Origin: a bacterium
GTDB taxonomy: Bacteria; UBA8248
Assembly: GCA_965219955.1 (NCBI GenBank)
Contig: OZ244799.1
Span: 4,064,001 to 4,128,000 of the forward strand
Reading direction: 5' to 3'
DNA length: 64,000 bases
The notes below the pieces were generated by a model. The model worked only from the letters and a program-made list of their open reading frames with translations, made no database searches and was not told the DNA's origin. A program made the position numbers and the translations under genes. Positions 58,357-64,000 of this stretch are shown here, one piece after another; positions within the stretch are counted from its first letter, which is position 1, and every line of letters begins with the position of its first letter.

Positions 58357-59337
58357 CTATTTCTTCATCGTCATGGCCTTGATGAGCTGCGTGTAGCCGT
58401 CGAAGTTCGGCTTTCTGGTTTTTTCATAATCCGCTCCGCTCATGAACACGACGTTCTCGCCGATGCTGCGCATGAAGCGCTTGAAGGACTTGTTCTTCGT
58501 GAGCTTCTCGAAAGCGCCCCGGAGCTTCTTCAGCCTGTCGGCGGGCGTCTTGGAGGGCGCCATGAAGATGCGGTCCATCGTGAAGCCCACGCCCTTGTAG
58601 CCGAGTTCCGTCGTGGTCGGGACCTCCTTGAAGTCCTTGTCCTTCGAGAGGCGCATATCGCCCGTGAGCGCGAGCACGGTGACCTTGCCTGCCTTCTTGT
58701 GGGGGCGAAGCTGGGTCGGGAAGGCGATGCCCACGTCGTCCTGTCCCGAGAGGACGGCGCGCAGCGCGGGGCCGCCGCCTTTATGCGGAATGAAGTTCAC
58801 CTTGATGCCCGCCGCGCGGACGAACTGCATGGAGGGCACGTGGCCCGCGCCCCAGACGCCGCTGTGGCCCCAGTTGACCTTGCCGGGGTTTTTCTTGGCG
58901 TAGGCGACGAATTCCTTCATGTTCTTCCACGGCCTGTTCGAGAGCGAGAAGAACACCGGCTGTCCGTGGTTGATCTTGGCGACGGCCGAGAAATCGCGAA
59001 GCGTGTCGAAGGGCACCTTGCGGGTCTGCGGCACGAGCTGGTCGAAGCCGTTGTGGGTGAAGAGCAGGGTGTAGCCGTCCGGCTTGGCCTTGGCGACGAA
59101 GCCGGTGCCCTTCATGCCCGCGCCGCCGGGCACGAGCTTCACGACCATGGGCTGGCCGAGTATGTCGGCGATGATGCTGGTGATGCCGCGCGCGTGGAGG
59201 TCGTGGCTGCCGCCCGCGCCCACGGGCAGGACGAGCGTGATGGGCCTGTCCGGATAGGCCGCCGTGCTCGCGGAGGGGGCTCCCAGCGCGACGACGAGGG
59301 CCAGCGCGGCCAGGATGGCGAAGAAGCGTTTTTTCAT
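58357..59337 (-). CDS. tctC: Tripartite tricarboxylate transporter substrate-binding protein
   Basis: MKKRFF signal peptide, YPDRPITLVLPVGAGGSHD, KPDGYTLL, IPHKGGG; the 963-aa track ORF is an artefactual upstream extension. Confidence 0.9.
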   Translation of the reverse strand: MKKRFFAILAALALVVALGAPSASTAAYPDRPITLVLPVGAGGSHDLHARGITSIIADILGQPMVVKLVPGGAGMKGTGFVAKAKPDGYTLLFTHNGFDQLVPQTRKVPFDTLRDFSAVAKINHGQPVFFSLSNRPWKNMKEFVAYAKKNPGKVNWGHSGVWGAGHVPSMQFVRAAGIKVNFIPHKGGGPALRAVLSGQDDVGIAFPTQLRPHKKAGKVTVLALTGDMRLSKDKDFKEVPTTTELGYKGVGFTMDRIFMAPSKTPADRLKKLRGAFEKLTKNKSFKRFMRSIGENVVFMSGADYEKTRKPNFDGYTQLIKAMTMKK

Positions 59338-59363
59338 GATGATCTCCCTTGATGAATGTGCCC

Positions 59364-60869
59364 TCAAGGGGCGGCGGACCCCCTGGTTCGCCGCCACATC
59401 GGGGCAAGAATGAGATATGCGATCCAGACCAGCGCCGCGATGAGAAAGGCGGACGCTATCGGACGTTGTACGAACAGGTACGAGAACGGAGCCCCCTTCG
59501 CGTAGAGCATCGACTGGCTCAAACGATACTCTATCGGCTCGGCCAGCACGAACGCGATAATCAGGGGCGCCAGGTCGAACTTGAACTTCCTTAAAATATA
59601 GGCGCAAACGCCGATGATGACCATCAGGATCACGTCGGTGTTCGCCCCGGTGGAGAGCGTGCCCACGAAGGCGAGCGCCACGATGACGGGGATGAGATAC
59701 GCCTTTTTGAACTGGATGGCGCGCGCGAAGGGTTTCAGAAGAACGTAGCCCAGGAAGAAGAACAGCACGTTCGCCAGCACCATCGTGAGGATGAGGGCGT
59801 ACATGAGCGCCCCTTGTTCCTGGAATATCTGGGGGCCGGGCCGCATGCCGTGCGCCACGAACGCGCCCAGCAGGATGGCCGTCACGTTGTCCCCGGGGAT
59901 GCCCAGCGTCAGCAGGGGGACGAGCGTGGGGCCGTTCACGGCGTTGTTCGCCGCCTCGGGCGCCGCGACGCCGTCGAGTTCGCCCTTGCCGAAATTCTCC
60001 GGGTTCTTGGAGGCGCGCTTCGCCGCGCTGTAGCCGATGAAGGCGGCGACGACCTGCCCCACGCCCGGCACCATGCCGATGCCCGTCCCGATGGCGGTCG
60101 AGCGCAGGATGGAGCGGATAGACGCCTTGAACTCGCGCCAGCGCAGGCGCTCTCCCGCCTTGGCGAGGTCGACGTGCTCGCTGATGAAGCGCACGGTGCG
60201 CGTTTCGACTGCTTCGAGTACCTCGGGCATCGCGAAGATGCCGATGGCCAGCGGGATGAGGGGGATGCCGCCGCTCAGGGCTTCCAGGCCGAATGTCATT
60301 CGCGTGGCGCCGGTGGTGGCGTCGGTGCCGATGAAGCCCAGCCCCATGCCGATGCAGGCGGCGATGGCGCCCTTGAGTCCTGAGTCGCTCGATACGCTCG
60401 CGATGAGCACGAGCGAGAAGATGATGACGGCGAACACCTCGGGCGGGCCAATCAGGAGCGTGATGATGGCGATGGGGCCGATGAGCGCCAGGGTGAAGAT
60501 GTCGGACAGCGTATCGGCGATGGTGGAGGAGAAAAGCGCCATCTCGAGCGCCTTTCGCCCCTCGCCCTTGCGCGTGAGCGCGGGGCCGTCGAACGTGGTG
60601 GCGATGGATGCGCCCGTGCCCGGAATGCCGACCAGGATCGCCGGGATGCTGCCCCCGTAGATGCCGCCCTTGTAGATGCCGATCAGGAACGGGATGCCGA
60701 GCATGGGTTCGAGCTTGAAGGAAATCGGAAGCAGGACCGACATGGCGAGGATGGTGGTGAGGCCCGGCATCGCGCCCACGAACATGCCGATGGTCAGCCC
60801 CGCGCAGATGTAGAGATAGGTGTCCACCCGCATCAGCAGGGCGAAGGCTTGAAGGAAGGCGTCGAGCAA
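59364..60869 (-). CDS. tctA: Tripartite tricarboxylate transporter permease
   Basis: GAMPGL, YGGSIPAIL, GVAAPEAANNA, LTLGIPG, GMRPGP. Confidence 0.92.
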   Translation of the reverse strand: MLDAFLQAFALLMRVDTYLYICAGLTIGMFVGAMPGLTTILAMSVLLPISFKLEPMLGIPFLIGIYKGGIYGGSIPAILVGIPGTGASIATTFDGPALTRKGEGRKALEMALFSSTIADTLSDIFTLALIGPIAIITLLIGPPEVFAVIIFSLVLIASVSSDSGLKGAIAACIGMGLGFIGTDATTGATRMTFGLEALSGGIPLIPLAIGIFAMPEVLEAVETRTVRFISEHVDLAKAGERLRWREFKASIRSILRSTAIGTGIGMVPGVGQVVAAFIGYSAAKRASKNPENFGKGELDGVAAPEAANNAVNGPTLVPLLTLGIPGDNVTAILLGAFVAHGMRPGPQIFQEQGALMYALILTMVLANVLFFFLGYVLLKPFARAIQFKKAYLIPVIVALAFVGTLSTGANTDVILMVIIGVCAYILRKFKFDLAPLIIAFVLAEPIEYRLSQSMLYAKGAPFSYLFVQRPIASAFLIAALVWIAYLILAPMWRRTRGSAAP

Positions 60870-60881
60870 GGCGGGGTCTCC

Positions 60882-61460
60882 CTATTTCCCGAGAAAAATG
60901 CCGGAGAGGAACTTCATGATGGCGTCCTCGACGACGGCGATGGTTTCGTAATCGCTCCTCGGCAGCGAGATGAGCAGCAGCCTCTCGAAGATGAAGCGCA
61001 CGACGATGGGCATGAGAACGGCCACGGGCGCGACGACCCATATCTGCCGGATGCCCAGATACCAGATGACCGCCCCGGCCATCAGAAGCGTCGAGAGGCC
61101 GTAGCCCAGCGCCGACACGAGGAGGGAATAGGCGGCGATGATGACGATCATCGCCACCCCGCGCCGGAAGCGCGCCGCCTCGCCCGGGTTCGCGTCGGAT
61201 TGGATGTGGCGCGCCCTTCGCCAGGCGTCCAGCAGGTAGAACGCGCACAGGGCGGCCAGCACGGCGAACGCGAGCCTCGGGAAGAAGACGGGCGTGAGGC
61301 GCAGGAAATCCTGCGCGGAGGAGATGCCGCCCGTCGCGATCAGGTAGGGCATGAAGACGGCGAACCCCACGGAGAGGAGCATCATCGCCGCGGCCAGGTA
61401 GATCTCCAGGCGCAGCATCGTGGGGCTTGGAGCGTTCGTAGATTCGTTGTCCGAAGCCAT
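60882..61460 (-). CDS. tctB: Tripartite tricarboxylate transporter small subunit
   Basis: Hydrophobic helices, PVFFP, FERLLLISLP; upstream of tctA. Confidence 0.8.
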   Translation of the reverse strand: MASDNESTNAPSPTMLRLEIYLAAAMMLLSVGFAVFMPYLIATGGISSAQDFLRLTPVFFPRLAFAVLAALCAFYLLDAWRRARHIQSDANPGEAARFRRGVAMIVIIAAYSLLVSALGYGLSTLLMAGAVIWYLGIRQIWVVAPVAVLMPIVVRFIFERLLLISLPRSDYETIAVVEDAIMKFLSGIFLGK

Positions 61461-61649
61461 GGGTCGTCCTGTCTCATGGGGCCTTTCGTTCCTGCCGACC
61501 CCGAAGCGTTCCTCATCGCTTGATGAAGTGGTTTTGTTCTACGGGTTTGCGTATTATTCACCAATCGGCTGGCCGGAGCAAACTTTCATCCCATCCGTTC
61601 AAATGCGCGCGCCACAAGCGCAAACCGAGGATTCCAGGAGAGAAGATTC

Positions 61650-62033
61650 ATGAAAATCATCAATTCCATGAGCGTGGACAAGGACAACGCCTACGAGCCT
61701 CCCTACTCCATCATGTGGGGGGTGAACGACGAGACGACGGACACCAGGGTCATGACCATGCAGCGCACCATCATCCCCCCCGGCGGGAAGAACAAGATGC
61801 ACACCCACACGTGCGACGCGGTGTTTTACGTGAACAAGGGGCCCATTTACGTCTATTGCGGCGACCCGGAAAACCCCGAGAAAATCCTCGTCGAGTCCGG
61901 GCATTTCTGCTACGCGCCCGCGGGCGAGCCGCACGGGCAGGAGAACCCGAGCGAGACCGAGCCCGCCGAACTCATCGCCACCTACGGGAACTGCTCCCAC
62001 CAGGACAAGGCGGGCACGACCTTCGTGCAGTAG
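61650..62033 (+). CDS. Cupin-domain protein
   Basis: PPGG...HTHTCDAVFYVNKG...PAGEPHGQEN. Confidence 0.85.
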   Translation: MKIINSMSVDKDNAYEPPYSIMWGVNDETTDTRVMTMQRTIIPPGGKNKMHTHTCDAVFYVNKGPIYVYCGDPENPEKILVESGHFCYAPAGEPHGQENPSETEPAELIATYGNCSHQDKAGTTFVQ

Positions 62034-62065
62034 CGTCTCACCAACCTTATGGATGGAGTCATGTA

Positions 62066-62815
62066 ATGGATCGAGGAATCTGGGCGTCCTGGTACGACCT
62101 GCCCGAGGATAAGAAAGAAGACTACTGCGCCTGGCTGCACGGGCACCACCTGCCGTCGATGCTGCGGCGGGCGGGGTTCCTGTGGGCGGCGCATTACGAG
62201 GTGGCCGGCGAGGGGGCGCAGATGGAGCAGGTGAAGAACACGGCGCTCACCTACACCGCGCCCGGTGAACTGCCCGGCGGCACGGGGTACGTGCTGCTCT
62301 TCGGGGCGGTTTCGCCGCACGTCTTTTTTGACCCCACGCTCGCCGACGTCGCGAAAGAATACGACGATGAGACAAGGGCGATGCTGGGCCTTCGCGAGGG
62401 GTATCGAGAGTGCGTCTTCAGCGAAGAAGCCCGCGTCGACGGCCCCGACGTCGCCGCGAGAGGCCCCGGCATCACGCCCGGCCCCGCGATCCAGATGGGG
62501 CAGTTCATCTCCCGGGACGCGGAGGCCGAGCACGACCTCGGCGCGTGGTACGCGCAGTACCGCCTGAAGTTCATGGAGGGGATGCCCGGCTGCATCGGCG
62601 CGAGAAAGCTGCTCTCCGCCGCCGGCTGGGCCAAGCATTCGATCATGTACGAGTTCACCTCGCTCGAGGCGCGGGAGGCGGGCTTCCAGAAGCACGAGAG
62701 CCTCTCGCTCGATGAGAGCGGCTGGTCGGGCCGGGTGGTGAGGTCGCTCGTCCATGCCCCCGGCAGCCCGAGCGTGGGCCGCCGCCTGTGGCCGCCGGTG
62801 AACCGAGCCTTATAA
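62066..62815 (+). CDS. Hypothetical protein with EthD-like repeats
   Basis: YCAWLHGHHLPSMLRRAGFLWAAHY and LGAWYAQYRL...MPGCIGARK; ATG at 62066. Confidence 0.6.
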   Translation: MDRGIWASWYDLPEDKKEDYCAWLHGHHLPSMLRRAGFLWAAHYEVAGEGAQMEQVKNTALTYTAPGELPGGTGYVLLFGAVSPHVFFDPTLADVAKEYDDETRAMLGLREGYRECVFSEEARVDGPDVAARGPGITPGPAIQMGQFISRDAEAEHDLGAWYAQYRLKFMEGMPGCIGARKLLSAAGWAKHSIMYEFTSLEAREAGFQKHESLSLDESGWSGRVVRSLVHAPGSPSVGRRLWPPVNRAL

Positions 62816-62837
62816 CCCGTATCGGGAGGAATGATTC

Positions 62838-63521
62838 ATGGCGCAACTACCGATTCTGAGTGATGAAGAGGCAGGCCCCGAGGCCACCGTGGTGTTCGAC
62901 GCGAGCCGCAAGATGTTCGGCCGCGTGGCGAACGCCATCCGCGTGAGTTCGGCCAGCCCGAGGATGCTCCAGCCGCTGTTCGGCTTTCTGATCTCGCTGT
63001 GCCGGGCGGAGATCACCGACGTGCTGGACGCGAAGACGAAGGCGCTCCTGATCCTCAAGACCTCGATGGAAAACGGGTGTAAGTACTGAACGGCCCACAA
63101 CGTCACGTTCGGTCGAGCGTGCGGGCTGTCGGATGAGCAGATTGACGCCGTGAGGGACGACGCGTATCAGGATTCGGACCTGTTCTCAGACGCCGAGAAG
63201 GCGGCCATCGCCTGGGCGTATCACCTCACGAAATACACCTTCGCCCAAAACCCGGAAGCTCTCGAGAACATGAAGAAGCACTACGATCACGCCCAACTCG
63301 TCGAGGCGACGCTGGTGTCGGGCTATTTCAACATGTGGAACCGCTTCACCGACGCGCTCGAGACCGACCTCGAAGGCGATGACCAGATGACCCTGTTCAC
63401 CAAATCCGCCGTGATCGACAAACAGGACCTGGCCGATTTCATGAACGAGTGCTGGTGGGCGAAAGAGGGCGCAACTGAAGAAAAACAAGCGCTCCCGGCG
63501 TCCGCCGGTTCTGAGGGGTGA
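62838..63521 (+). CDS. AhpD/CMD-like selenoprotein with C-K-Y-U motif; TGA at 63087-63089 read as Sec
   Basis: ORFs 62838..63089 and 63150..63521 share a frame and join as KTSMENGCKY-TGA-TAHNVTFGRACGLSDEQI...FSDAEKAAIAWA..LT...FNMWNRF. Confidence 0.85.
63101..63123 (+). promoter_or_regulatory. Putative SECIS element
   Basis: CG(U)CACGUUC-GGUC-GAGCGUGCG hairpin with a bulged U and GGUC loop, starting 11 nt after the UGA. Confidence 0.7.
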
Positions 63522-63571
63522 TTTTTTAGGTTCACGAACGGCGCAGAATGTCTTCCCGGGGAGGACACACC

Positions 63572-64000
63572 ATGAGCACAGATGATATCTGCCGGCTGGA
63601 GCTTCACGAGATTTCTGAAGGAATCGGGAAGGGCGAGCTTTCTCCCGTGGAAGTGGTCGAGGCGTTCCTGCGCCGCATCGATTCGCTCAATCCCACCATC
63701 CTGGGCTTTCTCGAAGTGACGGCGGACGCCGCGCGGGCCGAGGCTGAGCGCGCGCAGGAGGAAATCGCCGCCGGCCGCAGGCTGGGTCCGCTGCACGGGG
63801 TTCCCTACGGGGTCAAGGACATCGTCGACACGGCGGGCGTGCGGACGACGCGCGGGTCGAGTTTCTTCCGCGACAACGTGCCCGAGGAGGACGCGGAGTG
63901 CGTCGCCCGCTTGAAGCGCGCCGGCGCGATTCTTCTCGGTAAATGCCATACCCAGGAGTTCGCCTCGGGGCCGCTGAGCAAAAACGCCCACTTCGGCACG
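63572..64000 (+). CDS. Amidase-signature enzyme (GatA-like), truncated by the window end
   Basis: LSPVEVVEAFLRRI...GPLHGVPYGVKD...TTRGS...RLKRAGAILLGK; GGAGG RBS. Confidence 0.9.
   Translation, partial: MSTDDICRLELHEISEGIGKGELSPVEVVEAFLRRIDSLNPTILGFLEVTADAARAEAERAQEEIAAGRRLGPLHGVPYGVKDIVDTAGVRTTRGSSFFRDNVPEEDAECVARLKRAGAILLGKCHTQEFASGPLSKNAHFGT

Noticed and set aside
59338-61248. 963-aa ORF as a giant TctC fusion
   Set aside because: The N-terminal part is an Arg/Gly-rich alternative frame over tctA and tctB; the real start is MKKRFF at 59337 with an RBS
1-64000. Genome-wide UGA reassignment (genetic code 4 or 25) as the explanation for in-frame TGAs
   Set aside because: Many genes end in TGA at the expected place (thiE, thiL, speD, pdaD, transposase, ATGA overlaps); internal TGAs were noticed only at redox-Cys positions

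Overview
GC-rich bacterial chromosomal window. It carries housekeeping and catabolic genes (serS, thiE-thiL, citrate synthase, a complete speD-pdaD-speE-speB operon, two tripartite tricarboxylate transporters, a Mo-hydroxylase large subunit, a CoA-transferase, several hydrolases), two tRNA-Ser genes and a decayed tRNA-Ser copy. Accessory content includes an intact IS256-family element with 8-bp target duplication, four type II toxin-antitoxin modules, several AT-richer candidate defence insertions and a dense mosaic of palindromic intergenic repeats. The main hidden signal is three genes that the ORF track splits at in-frame TGA codons. Each TGA sits at a redox-Cys position and is followed by a SECIS-like hairpin, so these read as selenoproteins: a UGSC-family fusion (U-G-G-C), an AhpD-like protein with C-x-x-U, and an AhpD-like protein with two UGAs (U-Y-G-U). 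A YqeC-like selenium-cofactor gene is also present. Other candidate new systems are a ParB-like/nuclease-like/methyltransferase operon with a TIR gene beside tRNA-Ser, a P-loop kinase-NUDIX fusion, and an NYN ribonuclease gene preceded by a promoter-hairpin-terminator small RNA. All calls come from reading motifs by eye; no database searches or folding computations were run.
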